Below are positions 1-12,341 of a stretch of 64,000 bases of DNA, piece by piece. The notes under the pieces were generated by a model that worked only from the letters and a program-made list of their open reading frames with translations, had not been told where the DNA came from and did no database searches. The translations under genes were made by a program, and so were the position numbers. The DNA comes from Macrostomum lignano (Eukaryota): positions 12,867 to 76,866 of the forward strand of contig NIVC01003785.1 in assembly GCA_002269645.1 (NCBI GenBank), given 5' to 3'. Numbering within the stretch: position 1 is the first letter of the stretch; each line of letters starts with the position of its first letter.

Positions 1-80
1 ATATAAACCATTTGGCGCTAATAGAAACAATTTGGTGTCAATAGAAAATAGTTGGCGTTACATAAAAGACAGCAAAGCAC

Positions 81-207
81 AGGCAGTGAGGCTCTGTGGA
101 AGGCAGTGAGGCGCCGCCGTGGAAGGCAGTGAGGCGCCGTGGGAGGCAGTGAGGCGCCGTGGGAGGCAATGAGGCGCCGTGGGAGGCAGTGAGGCGCCGT
201 GGGAGGC
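81..207. repeat. 20-bp minisatellite (GAGGCAGTGAGGCGCCGTGG), PYROXD1 intron
   Basis: Direct inspection, about 6 copies. Confidence 0.9.
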
Positions 208-254
208 CAGCATGGCTGGGCAAGAAGCGAACACGACAGCGGCGAGCGACTCAC

Positions 255-2843
255 CCAGCAGCACGATCTTGTAGCTGAAAAACCGGGTGACGTGGGTGAA
301 CAGCTCGAAGCCGATGTCCAGCGGAGGCGGCGACTCGCCCCGCCTGGCCGCTGACATGCAGCGGGCGGCAAACGAGCCGGTCTGGCGCGCCTGCGACCAC
401 AGGCGCATCTGAAACCACAGCCGCGTCTCCTCCGCCGCCGAGGAAGTCTCGCCGTCGGACGACCAACCGGCGCAGCCGCAAGCGTCACCGGCGGCGAACA
501 CGTGCGCCAAGGAGCTGCGCATGCCGCGGTCGACGGCCACGGCGCCCTCAGCATCCAGCGCCGGACCGACGCCGCCATCGGCTAGCAGGGCGGTCGGCGT
601 CACTCCGGTTGCGCTGACAATCAAATCGACGCCCAGCAGTTCGCCGTTGCTGAGCGCGGCGAACACCGGCCAAGAATCGGTCAGAGCCGTGGTGTCGGTC
701 GGGAGCAGCTCGACGGCCTCCTTGGGGCTCAGAAGGCTGACGACCTCCACCGAGTAGATTATTCGAGTCTCCGCGGCGTCGCCTGCCGACGTCGCCGCTA
801 TCGCTGCCGGTGCAGCTGTCGGTGCCGATGCCGATGTCGATGACGGTGCCGGTGTCGATGCCGATGTTGGTGTTAATGTCGGTGCTGATGGCAGTGCCGA
901 TGTCGGTGCCGATGTTAGTGTCGCTGCCGATGTCGGTGCTGATGTCGGTGCTGACGTCGGTGCCGATGTCGGTGCCGATGCTGGTGTCGCTGTCGATGTC
1001 GGTGTTTCTGCCGACCTCGACGATGCACCGACGCAGCCGCTAAGTTTAAAGCCGCTCGACCAGTCGGGGCCAAGGGCGCTTCCGGGAAACTGCTGACGCA
1101 TCTGTTGCTGCTCTTGCTGCCTCTGCTGCTTAAGCGGGGGAGGGGCCGAGTCCTCGGCAAGTTGGAATCTGCAAAGGACCGAAAGGAAGCCGATAAATAT
1201 TAAATAGCCCCACCGTCTCCATTCCCTGACACCCCACCGTCTCCATTCCCTGACACCCCACCGTCTCCATTCCCTGACACCCCACCGTCTCCATTCCCTA
1301 ACACCCCACCGTCTCCATTCCCTGACACCCCACCGTCTCCATTCCCTGACACCCCACCGTCTCCATTCCCTGACACCCCACCGTCTCCATTCACTGACAC
1401 CCCACCGTCTCCATTCCCTGACACCCCACCGTCTCCATTCCCTGACACCCCACCGTCTCCATTCCCTGACACCCCACCGTCTCCATTCCCTGACACCCCA
1501 CCGTCTCCATTCCCTGACACCCCACCGTCTCCATTCCCTAACACCCCACCGTCTCCATTCCCTGACACCCCACCGTCTCCATTCCCTGACACCCCACCGT
1601 CTCCATCCCCCTGACGCCCCGACCGTCACCTCCGATGCTTAGTCACGCCGGGCTTGTCGACCCTCGCGCCGCCAGGCCGCGCCAGACTGGGCAACAGGAA
1701 CTGGGCGGCGCCGGCGTCAAAGAACACGGCTCCGATGGAGTCCTGGCGCACCGCCCACACGACGTCGACGTTGCGCAACTCGTAAACCAGCTCGGTGGCG
1801 ATGCCGCCGTTGCCAACGACAAGGACGCGTCGACACGTCGACAACTTCTTGGACAGGTCGGCCACAGTCTCGGTGTCGCGAATGCCCACAACCAGATCCG
1901 GGTGCTGCCGGGCCTGCGGAATCAGCTTCGGCGAAGCGCCGGTGCACAGGCACAGCTCCCCGTAGCCGATCCTGACCTCGGCAGCTTCGCCGGCTGCTGA
2001 CGGCTCCGGATTGGCCAGCGAGGCGCGGAGCTGCCGAGTCTCCGCGTTGAAACCGGTGCAGCTGGCGTGCAGGACGCTAACGCTGCCGCAGCCGCTTCGC
2101 TGACGCTGTTGCCGCTGGAACTCGGCTAGCGGGCGCTCCTGGGATGGTCGGTGAGGTGTAAATTGAGTCAGTGGGGTGTCAGTTGAGTCGGTGAGGTGTC
2201 AGTTGAGTCAGTGGGGTGTCAGTTGAGTCGGTGAGGTGTCAGTTGAGTCAGTGAGGTGTCAGTTGAGTCGGTGAGGTGTCAGTTGAGTTAGTGGGGTGTC
2301 AGTTGAGTCGGTGAGGTGTCAGTTGAGTCAGTGAGGTGTCAGTTGAGTCAGTGAGGTGTCAGTTGAGTCAGTGGGGTGTCAGTTGAGTCAGTGGGGTGTC
2401 AGTTGAGTCGATGAGGTGTCAGTTGAGTCGGTGAGGTGTCAGTTGAGTCAGTGAGGTGTCAGTTGAGTCGGTGAGGTGTCAGTTGAGTCAGTTGGGTTGT
2501 CAGTTGAGTCGGTGAGGTGTCAGTTGAGTCAGTGGGGTGTCAGCAGAGTCAATGGGGTGTCAGTAGAGACAGCAATCCAAAAAAGACCCGCCCTCAGCCG
2601 ATAAACCTCAACGTCGAACTCTTCCAGCAGTTTGGTGACGGGCCGCAGGTTGGTGACGGCTTTGACCACAGGCGAGGCGGACACGATCAGCACCCGGGCG
2701 TCCGGCTCCAGCGCTGCCAGGGTCTCCGCGCAGGTGACACCGGCAATGCCGCCGCCCACAATGACAAAGTCGTATTGGTGCTCAACCGCCAGAAAACGGG
2801 CGCGGTTTGCCTCGCTGTCAGAGCAACTGTTGAATGCCACTTG
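255..2843 (-). CDS. PYROXD1: Pyridine nucleotide-disulfide oxidoreductase domain-containing protein 1 (partial; continues off the left edge). Exons ~2843-2607, 2138-1630, 1168-255
   Basis: Motifs [109 protein letters not shown] and [19 protein letters not shown] match PYROXD1 as I recall it. GT-AG junctions join in phase. The start codon was not found. Confidence 0.93.
1206..1620. repeat. 24-bp minisatellite (CCCCACCGTCTCCATTCCCTGACA), intronic
   Basis: About 17 near-identical copies. Confidence 0.95.
2150..2560. repeat. 20-bp minisatellite (GTGAGGTGTCAGTTGAGTCA/G), intronic
   Basis: About 20 copies. Confidence 0.95.
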
Positions 2844-2848
2844 CTGGT

Positions 2849-3205
2849 GCACCACTCTGCCTATGTTGAACTTGCAGGGATCTGTCACTCCAGCACCACT
2901 CTGCCTATGTTGGACTTGCAGGGATCTGTCACTCCAGCACCAGTCTGCCTATGTTGGACTTGCAGGGATCTGTCACTCCAGCACCACTCTGCCTATGTTG
3001 GACTTGCAGGGATCTGTCACTCCAGCACCACTCTGCCTATGTTGAGCTTGCAGGGATCTGTCACTCCAGCACTACTCTGCCTATGTTGAGCTTGCAGGGA
3101 TCTGTCACTCCAGCACTACTCTGCCTATGTTGAACTTGCAGGGATCTGTCACTCCAGCACCAGTCTGCCTATGTTGAACTTGCAGGGATCTGTCACTCCA
3201 GCACC
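2849..3205. repeat. 44-bp minisatellite at the 5' end of PYROXD1
   Basis: GCACCACTCTGCCTATGTTGAACTTGCAGGGATCTGTCACTCCA, about 8 copies. Confidence 0.95.
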
Positions 3206-4194
3206 AGCCCCAATAAAAGCCTGGCAGATCTCTGAAAGCAATTGTAAACGAAACTACCCTTTTTTGTTCTAAATAAGTGTTGCAAAAAATCAAGTTTATG
3301 AAAACGCAGCGTGTGGCAAGTTTGAAAAATGAAGCAGACAAATAGTTTAGCACGGGTGCAGGTGCACTTATACACAACACACCCGCCAACACATACAAAC
3401 ACACACAAACAATATAAACTGTCATTTTATTTTTTCAACAAGCTTTCAAAAAAGTTGCACAATGCAAACGGTCTCTCTTTACATTTTTGATCTTCAAAAA
3501 TAAAGTTCAGAGTTGGGAGGAATATCGGTAAAACAAAAAAACAATTCCTGACAACGGAGACAAAAAAAATCTCGGACAAAAGTCTGCAGAGATTAAAAGT
3601 ACATTTGAATGATAGTTATTCTCACTTTGTTCGCGCACTTAAAGTACAAACACTGAGGTGTACTGTAATAATAACTACAAAACATTATAAGATAACAATA
3701 CTGAGACACTGTGCAAATAACTAGCAAAATATTTTTTGTAAATATTTTATCCGTTGAAAAGTAGAACAAAACACCAACTGAGATAGCGAGACCAGACCTT
3801 TTTGACTCGGAACGAAAGACACAAAGCACACGAAAAGTACATAAGAGATATAAATAACAAATTAACTAATCTGTTATACAATAGAAAAAATAACTTCAAT
3901 AATTTGAAAATGGATCAAAATATTCGTAGTAATTTGCTGTTTAGCTACAGTAAAACAAAAAATAGAAACAAAAAGTAGCAACTCGACTTGCACACTTAGT
4001 ACCGCGTTGAGTAAAAATTAAAATATAATTTTTTTTTGGTTGGTTGAACGCGAACGAAAATTTTGACGATAGATTTTTATTTGCCTCGGATACACAATAC
4101 GAGCGATAAGCGCCAAACAAAAAACACTCTTCTAGGGAATTTCTGAAGCTAGCCGGAATATTTATGCTTGCGTGTGTAGCAGGTGCACATTAGA

Positions 4195-4765
4195 GGGGGC
4201 AAGAGGTTGGCTGGTCGGGAGCGAGTGTACATTGGGGGAAGAGGTTAGATGGCCGGCTCGGGTGTACATTGCAGGCAGAGGTTGGCTGGTCATGATAGAG
4301 TGTACATTGCAGGCAGAGGTTGGCTGGTCATGATAGAGTGTACATTGCAGGCAGAGGTTGGCTGGTCATGATAGAGTGTACATTGCAGGCAGAGGTTGGC
4401 TGGTCATGATAGAGTGTACATTGCAGGCAGAGGTTGGCTGGTCATGATAGAGTGTACATTGCAGGCAGAGGTTGGCTGGTCATGATAGAGTGTACATTGC
4501 AGGCAGAGGTTGGCTGGTCATGATAGAGTGTACATTGGGGGGGAGAGGTTGGCTGGTCGGGAGCGAGTGTACATTGGGGGAAGAGGTTGGCTAGCCGGGA
4601 GCGAGTGTACATTGGGGGAAGAGGTTGGCTGGCCGGGAGCGAGTGTACATTGGGGGAAGAGGTTGGCTGGTCGGGAGCGAGTGTACATTGGGGGAAGAGG
4701 TTGGCTAGCCGGGGGTGGGTGTACATTGGGGGAAGAGGTTGGCTAGCCGGGAGCGAGTGTACATC
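4195..4765. repeat. 38-bp minisatellite with two variant blocks
   Basis: GAGTGTACATTGCAGGCAGAGGTTGGCTGGTCATGATA and a G-rich variant, about 15 copies. Confidence 0.95.
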
Positions 4766-5214
4766 GGCGGGCGGCTCAAAATCGACATAAAAAGCTTAAC
4801 AAATACAAAATGCCACGAAAAGCAGAGCACAAATTGCACAAAAAACTTTAAAGCCAGTAGAGTAAAAACAAATGACAATTAAATGAGTGTGAGATATTTC
4901 CATAGTCTAATCGGGTTTAAAAAAATTGCTTTATGCAATAACATTTAAAAAACAATCTTACACATCCTAATGATGCCAGGGAATAAGGACTCCATTGCAG
5001 GAGCATAGAGTAACAACTCTTTGCCAACCATTTTCAGACCAGTATAGGCTGACTGCAATGGTTCCTCCGATGAAAACGGCACCTAGGCCAAGAAGCGTCC
5101 CTCAATAAAAGATTAGTAATTGTGCATTCTCCAATATGTATTGTGCGTCAAACTGAAAACTCAGGGGTTGAATACTCCGCGTTCACCTTGCTTGACCCCC
5201 ATCGTCAGGCCGGA

Positions 5215-6500
5215 TCACAGCAGCAGTGTAGCGTCAGTTCCGGCAGTTGGCGGCTGCTGCTGCTGGCGACCCGGGGCCTCATCAGCACCGCCTCCAGTCA
5301 CAGTGCCATCGCCGTCCAGACTGGCCAGGACCTCCGTGGCCATCGTGTAAGAGTCCCGACGCACTGCGGAACGGTTCGTCAGTGAATATAGTTTTCAGCA
5401 AGGGGGCGCTCTGGATTCAGCTGACCCCTGAGCACGCACAAGCTCACGAATGTACACTTCATCTGCCATCGGGGGCTGGGCCTCCTCGCTAGGGGTCGCC
5501 ATCATAAGCTCGAAAAATCACATCGTCGAAAAGTTCAGCAAACATCATCACAATCTCGAAAAGGCACAAGCTCTAACCCTAACCCTAAGGCACCAGTACC
5601 CTAGCCTAACCCTAAACCCTAACCCTAAGGCACAAGTTCTAACCCCAACCCTAAACTTAACCCTAAGCCCTAACCCTAAGGCACAAGTTCTAACCCCAAC
5701 CCTAAACTTAACCCTAAACCCTAACCCTAAGGCACAAGTTCTAACCCTAACCCTATTCGAGATTGTGATGGTGGTTGCTAGACTTTTCGACGATATGTTT
5801 TTTCGAGCTTGACTTTTCGAGCTTGTGATGGGCCCCCCTCGCTAGTGTGAATCGCAAGACACCCCCCGAGACCAAATTTTGTGCCACGACCCCAAAGAGA
5901 GATTGCAGTATAAAAAATCATAGCATAGTCAATGCTCGCTACTGATTAGTAGACGATTATTGATTTGTTTTTTTAAAAACTACAAGATGATAGACCGGAT
6001 GGGATGAAGGAAAAATTATAGGAGAAAGGGGAGAGGAAAAAGATCGGGAGAAGAGGGGGGGCAGGGACACGCAACTGAGAGGACGCCAGGCGCGCGGCAG
6101 CAAAGTGAAACGGGGGGGGCAAAGCAAAGCACGCCACGGCCATGCGAACAGCCCATCTCCACCTGTCAAGCGCGTTCACAAATAGCTGCAGATTAGAGCT
6201 AAATTAGGAGTTGTCCTTTCAAGCTCCAGTGCAGGTGTCGGGTTCAACCTGCTATACCCTACTATCCACTCTCAATATGGCTAACATTACAGTTTCACAG
6301 ACACGGCTGCGCGTGACAAGGGCGCGGCGTTAATGGGATTTCTAATGAAGTCTCTGACGAACAAACCGTACAGAGAAGGGCCAACGGCGAAGCAAGAAAT
6401 TTTCGAACAAGCAGCACCTAAAAGACAGCAGACTGCAGAGAAACTGTGAAAGAGCGCAAGGAGAGCCGTGCATTTCAGTTCGCAGAATTGAGCCAGAAAT

Positions 6501-6531
<31 letters not shown>

Positions 6532-6574
6532 CTAAGACAGACAGATAGACACTAAGACAGACAGATAGACACTA

Positions 6575-6607
<33 letters not shown>

Positions 6608-6666
6608 CTAACACAAGCAGACAGACAGACAGACACTAAGACAGACAGACAGAGAGACAGACAAGC

Positions 6667-6707
<41 letters not shown>

Positions 6708-9700
6708 TACAGACAGACAGACAGACAGACAGACACTAAGACAGATATGAAGGCTGCGTATGGCTGTTCAGTCCAAGGACTGGGGGGTCGCCACACACAC
6801 TTTCAATTACCCCAGCTAATGCTGGCACCCATTTTACAGCTGGGTGAACTGAAGCAATGCTGAGTTAAGTGTCTTGCTCAAGGACACAAATTGTTCCAGT
6901 GGGATCGGGAATCGAACCCCCGACCTTCAAGTCGTGAGTCCAACGCTCTGACCACTAGGCTACAACCCCCCTTGCTCTGACCAGAATTTACTTCCGCCGC
7001 ACGCATACAGATGGAAAAGCGCCGTTGCTGTGCAAAGCCCCAGCAACTTATCCAGCCACGTTTTCTTTTCAGTCTCAAAGGCGCCACAGAGACATCAAAG
7101 GCGCTCAGCTCACACCTGCGTTATCAAAAGCTACAACAGCGGCAGCAGCCTCACATCCAGCAGGCCTCCGAGCAGCTCCAGACACTGGCTAGACCCCATC
7201 GGGGCTGGCCGCCAGTGCTGGACTGTCAGGCGTGGGGTGGAAGGTCCGCTGGCCACGGACACGAAAGCTGGAATAACGGCCCCTCTGCTGGGGTAGACCC
7301 TGGTGGACCTGGTGGCAGGCTCGCCGACATGCCCTCTGCACACTCACGCGGCGACGCGGTGGTGCAAGGCCCCTGTCCTATGGTGAGCGGGACAAAGACG
7401 GCTGGCTGTGCCATGTTGCAGTCAGACCGTTCCCGTAGGCCCAATGACCAGGTGACCCAGCTGGGCCGTCATCAACAACAACAACAGCGGCAGCAGCGGC
7501 AGGCTGGAAACAGAATAGCATAATAATTACTCTGTTTATATAAAATCTGCTGTCACTCTCCTCTCCATCGAAAATATGATGAAGGTGCGTCGAACAGATT
7601 TTTGTTTCTTTAGAGAAAAAGCATCGCCCTCCTCCTGTCTTTCTTTATGCTCGCTCGCTTGCCCGAGCTGGGAGGAAAGCGAAAGGCGAGCGGGGCTCCC
7701 AGAGGGCCAGAGAGGGAGGCTCGCAGCATCTCTTGCTCTCTCACTACGACTGCCTTCTGGGCAATGTACTTAACAGATCGACAAAGCCTGAAATCTCTGC
7801 TCTTTGCTCTACTTCGTCTCTTGCCTCTAACCCCTCATCCACCCGACCTGCTCTCTCAGCTGGGATTTTCCCGTGTCCCGCCAGCTGCCCGAATCAGTTA
7901 GCAATTTTACTTGCACGGCGAACCGGATTAGATAAAAAATGGGAGGAAAAGATAAACAAACCACTCAGCTTGTCTCTAGCAGGTTGCTATTTAACAATCT
8001 TTTTTCTTTGCTAATTGAGAAACCTGAGCAACAGGTGACACAGGTAACGGTTAAGAGGCTTTCTAATCTTATCGGCACAGATAATTTAGCTTAATATATT
8101 TGAAAATTTATGTAGAATTTGTGAAGTTTGAGAAGATTATGTAGAGGTCAAGTGATTCTAACTAGCCTGGTCAATAAGCGGCATGGTCGATAGAAACATC
8201 TCGATAAGGACAGTGGGTGAAGCAATGTACATTGAAGTTCTATCTAGCCTGGTCAATAAGCGGCATGGTCGATAGAAACGTCTCGATAAGGACAGTGGGT
8301 GAAGCAATGTACATTGAAGTTCTATCTAGCCTGGTCAATAAGCGGCATGGTCGATAGAAACGTCTCGATAAGGACAGAGTGGGTGAAGCAATGTACATTG
8401 AATTTCTATCTAGCCTGGTCAATAAGCGGCATGGTCGATAGAAACGTCTCGATAAGGACAGAGTGGATGAAGCAATGTACATTGAATTTCTATCTAGCCT
8501 GGTCAATAAGCGGCATGGTCGATAGAAACGTCTCGATAAGGACAGAGTGGATGAAGCAATGTACATTGAATTTCTATCTAGCCTGGTCAATAAGCGGCAT
8601 GGTCGATAGAAACGTCTCGATAATGACAGAGTGGGTGAAGCAATGTACATTGAAGTTCTATCTAGCCTGGTCAATAAAAGATATGGTTGCAATTACAAGC
8701 TATTCAAGGTGAGTAGTAATGGACACAATCTAAATCAAGTATTGACTCATTGCTGTAAATTTATCATGCATGAAGAGCTCAAATTCGTTGAGGACAAGCA
8801 GACTGAAAGCTTGCATGACAGGAGCTGTGGAGTCATGAACGATCTACAGAGCAGAGGCCAGCATTTTCAACAGTTCAGCAGGGTATTGCTGGTGTTTTTT
8901 GACAGGTAAATCAAAATCAAATCGGAGTTTGCACGCGAAATAATTTTGAAAGGTTAGAAATAAAGACGGCATCGCCCTCCGCTGGGATTCTGCCTCACCG
9001 GAGTAGCACTAGCAATGCCGCACTTCATCATTTTTCTAGGCTCTAAATAAAAGCTGGGCTTTTTATGGCTGCACTGCTGGCGTCATTCAATCAGGTCTGA
9101 ACAGTTGAATGGGGGAGAGTTTTCCACTCCTGAACTCCTGGTGCTTAAAGGCATATTCGCACGTTCCGCTGACTCCTGAGCCACATGCAAGCGCGCCAAT
9201 ACTGTACGCAGGCCCGCACTCAGAAAAACAGGGTATACAGCAACCTTTCTAATCGTCAGGCACTGTACACTCTGTGCCTTAGGGATTGGCTCTCTGTGCC
9301 TTAGGGATTGGCTCTCTGTGCCTTAGGGATTGGCTCTCTGTGCCTTAGGGACTGGCTCTCTGTGCCTTAGGGATTGGCTCTCTGTGCCTTAGGGATTGGC
9401 TCTCTGTGCCTTAGGGATTGGCTCTCTGTGCCTTAGGGATTGGCTCTCTGTGCCTTAGGGACTGGCTCTCTGTGCCTTAGGGATTGGCTCTCTGTGCCTT
9501 AGGGATTGGCTCTCTGTGCCTTAGGGATTGGCTCTCTGTGCCTTAGGGACTGGCTCTCTGTGCCTTAGGGATTAGCTCTCTGTGCCTTAGGGATTGGATG
9601 TGAAACGCACGAGATGCCGTCTATCTTGCCAAGAAAACCAAGGAGTGTCCATCTCTGGTTAAGCAGCGCTGACCGCGGTTAGTACACTGAACGAGTGACA

Positions 9701-12341
9701 GTTTAAACCGAGACCTGAAATTTATCCTGCACTCAAACCCCTCCAGACCAGTTAGCAATAAACTGTGTGTGCTCAGTGTACTCACTTTCACCGGCATTAT
9801 TCATATCCTCGTCAGTTTCGAAGAGGCCCAACTGATCCTGCTGGTCTGGCAGAGCTTCGGGCACGTCGGCAGCGACTTCGGGGCCGCAGAACAGAGTTGG
9901 ACTCTGGCACATAGAGTGAGTCACCTGCAGTGCACATTAGTAAGCTCAAGGTGAGTCAGTTGGTGAAGTGTCTGGTTGGTGGAGTGTCAGGTTGGTGAAG
10001 TGTCTGGTTGGTGGAATGTCAGGTTGGTGAAGTGTCTGGTTGGTGAAGTGTCTGGTTGGTAAAGTGTCTGGTTGATAAAGTGTCAGGTTGGTGAAGTGTC
10101 AGGTTGGTGAAGTGTCTGGTTGGTAAAGTGTCAGGTTGGTGAAGTGTCTGGTTGGTGAAGTGTCTGGTTGGTGAAGTGTCTGGTTGGTGAAGTGTCTGGT
10201 TGGTGAAGTGTCTGGTTCGTGAAGTGTCTGGTTGGTGAAGTGTCTGGTTGGTGAAGTGTCAGGTTGGTGAAGTGTCAGGTTGGTGAAGTGTCAGGTTGGT
10301 GAAGTGTCAGGTTGGTGAATTGTCAGGTTGGTGAAGTGTCAGGTTGGTGAAGACACCAGCTGTTAGAACAGTTCATCATATAAAACTCCTATATAGCACT
10401 CAACTGACCTGAATTTCCGGAATGGCGGCGCCCCCAGCGGAAGAGTTCAGCTGCTCAGCGTACGAGGCGGAGCAGCTGACGGAAGTTTGACCACCAAACT
10501 GGCCGCCGTAGCCGCCAAGGCTCAGACGGATCATGTCGTCTTGGAGCAGCGGCTGCTGATACTGCTGGAACTGCATCGCCAACTGCTGCTGCTGGAGATT
10601 CAATGGCATCATGATCTGCTGGGCTGGCTGCGGGTGCTGCTGATGCTGCCAGTCGGTGCTCTGCTGCTCCGCCGTTGGTGAGCACCGCTGAAGCCGCTCA
10701 GCAATGTTCGTGTCCGACGAGGCGCGCCTCGGCTGCGGAAAAATCGGCAGCCTCTGCGAATCGTCGTCCAGAAGCAGCTGGGACGACTCTGGCTGATTCT
10801 GCGACTGCTGATGCTGGAGCGCGTGGCGGTGGTGCTGGGCTCGGTAGTGCAGCGGCTGCAAGCTCTGCTGATCGTTCACGGCAGTCAGAGAGCCGGGGAA
10901 GAAGCGGTCCCTAGTCGGTGAGTAGGGATGCGACCGCTGCACACGGGACATCACCATGTCGCGTACGCGCCGCTTCGGCGTACACTGAGTCGAAGAAGTG
11001 TACATCGGGCCGCCGGCGCCGGTGCCACTAGGGTAGCCAGTGGAGCCTGCGGCGCCGGCGCTAGCATACTGAGAGGCTGAAACCAGCGGGCAGGAGGGAC
11101 AGCCGGTGAGGGTGGCAGGCGGTGTGCAGCTCACATTGCAGTTGGAGCCGCCGTAGTGGCCGCTAGCTGGAAAATGGCTGCCAGCGATGGCAGCGGCGGC
11201 AGCAGCAGCAGCTGCAGCATTGGTGGAGTACCAGCCACCTGCAGCGATGGGCACAGGCGAGCTTGTGCTGTTGACCTCGGCTGCACCAGTGGCAGCGGCA
11301 CCAGCAGAGGCAACAACAGTGTTGCTATTATTAGCAGCAGCTCCATCTGTTGGGGCCGCTGCACTTCCAACTGAAGCATTGTTGGCCACATTTGGTGTAG
11401 AGACTGTGCGACGAGAGCTTGGGTTGAGCTGTGCCAACATTGGAGAGGTTTGGGAAGGGCGAGTAATTTAGCTAAACAAATCAGCATCAATTATTTATAT
11501 ATTTACTCATTACAACAATAATTCTAACAATTCTAACTTTTTCATTAGCTACTTTTAAGCACTTGTACATTTTTGAAACTATATTGACTTTAAAATAGCC
11601 TAAATCTTATTTTAACTTATCTAAATATGATTGAAAATGTTAAAAATTATAATAAAAAAATATGCAAAAATAATTAACTAGAAATATACAATGCTTGGTT
11701 AGAATTTAAAAATATTTATTTACTAATAAGTTTGTTAGTTATAATTATATAATTTCAATTTATATAGCCATTTTGTTTATTGAAAACAAACTTTATATAG
11801 CATTAGATTATTGGGAATTATATAATTCTTAACCAATATTTTTGTAATAGCTTGGAGCCACTACTTTATCATACTAGATAAATTAATGAAAAATTCAATT
11901 TTTAATTTATTTATCATAGTGGGTAGCTAACTATTGTGGAGAATAAAAGAAATCTATTAAGCTATATAATAAAATTTATAATTATGATATTTAAGTCTAC
12001 TAGGCTAGCAAATAGCAATCCATAAATTTATCTTAATTTAACTTAAACATAGAAATATGCCAATACTATACCATAGGCCTATCACATGAAATATCCAAAA
12101 CAGATTAATTTAACATGTCTACCAGCCAATAATAATAATGCTATATAACCAAAGGCTCAATGAAGTAAATAAAAAATTCAAATACAAGAAAAAGACTCAC
12201 ATGTCCTTTAAGAACATTTAGCTCGCAAAGTAGTCTATCAAACTTTTCATTTGACTCGGACTCATTTGCTTTTAATAAAGCAATTTTTTCATCAAATTTT
12301 CTGGGACTACAATTTGAGCTATAATGCGCTTTGGAAGTCAT
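5215..12341 (-). CDS. CRTC: CREB-regulated transcription coactivator (TORC/CRTC) homolog. Exons 12341-12201, 11428-10409, 9924-9786, probable last exon 5363-5215
   Basis: N-terminal [30 protein letters not shown] matches the TORC_N motif (PRKFSEKIAL). RRASSDTNI resembles the SIK/14-3-3 site, PEIQVT resembles a calcineurin PxIxIT motif, and the middle is Q/A-rich. Splice phases 0,0,1 join in frame. The last exon is less certain. Confidence 0.8.
5493..5837. mobile_element. MITE with ~75-bp imperfect TIRs, 8-9-bp TSD and internal degenerate (CCCTAA)n repeats
   Basis: CCTCGCTAG occurs at 5484-5492 and 5837-5845. The left end GGGTCGCCATCATAAGCTCGAAAA.. matches the reverse complement of the right end. 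Confidence 0.8.
6501..6745. repeat. (CAGA)n microsatellite abutting a SINE tail
   Basis: Direct inspection. Confidence 0.95.
6748..6970 (-). mobile_element. tRNA-derived CORE-SINE (family 1)
   Basis: A box (TAGCCTAGTGG), B box (GGTTCGATTCC) and the MIR-like core TGTGTCCTTGAGCAAGACACTTAAC...CAGCTGTAAAATGGG. Confidence 0.85.
8163..8678. repeat. 82/84-bp tandem repeat, about 6 copies
   Basis: TAGCCTGGTCAATAA starts at 8163, 8245, 8327, 8411, 8495, 8579 and 8663. Confidence 0.95.
8740..8900 (-). mobile_element. Possible hAT transposase C-terminal dimerisation-domain remnant in a CRTC intron
   Basis: [29 protein letters not shown] loosely resembles the YP.L.K.A...L....STA.VER.FSL consensus; one in-frame stop. 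Confidence 0.35.
9272..9597. repeat. 22-bp minisatellite containing TTAGGG
   Basis: TCTGTGCCTTAGGGATTGGCTC, about 14 copies. Confidence 0.95.
9955..10352. repeat. 16-bp minisatellite (GGTTGGTGAAGTGTCA/T) filling a CRTC intron
   Basis: About 25 copies. Confidence 0.95.

Noticed and set aside
58-1629. 523-aa ORF as a single-exon gene
   Set aside because: Its N-terminal WRRWGVRE repeat is intronic minisatellite and its tail runs past the donor at 254; only 1168-255 is exon.
8163-8678. 82/84-bp regularly spaced repeat as a CRISPR array
   Set aside because: The units are identical along their whole length with no unique spacers, the context is a eukaryotic intron, and there are no cas genes.
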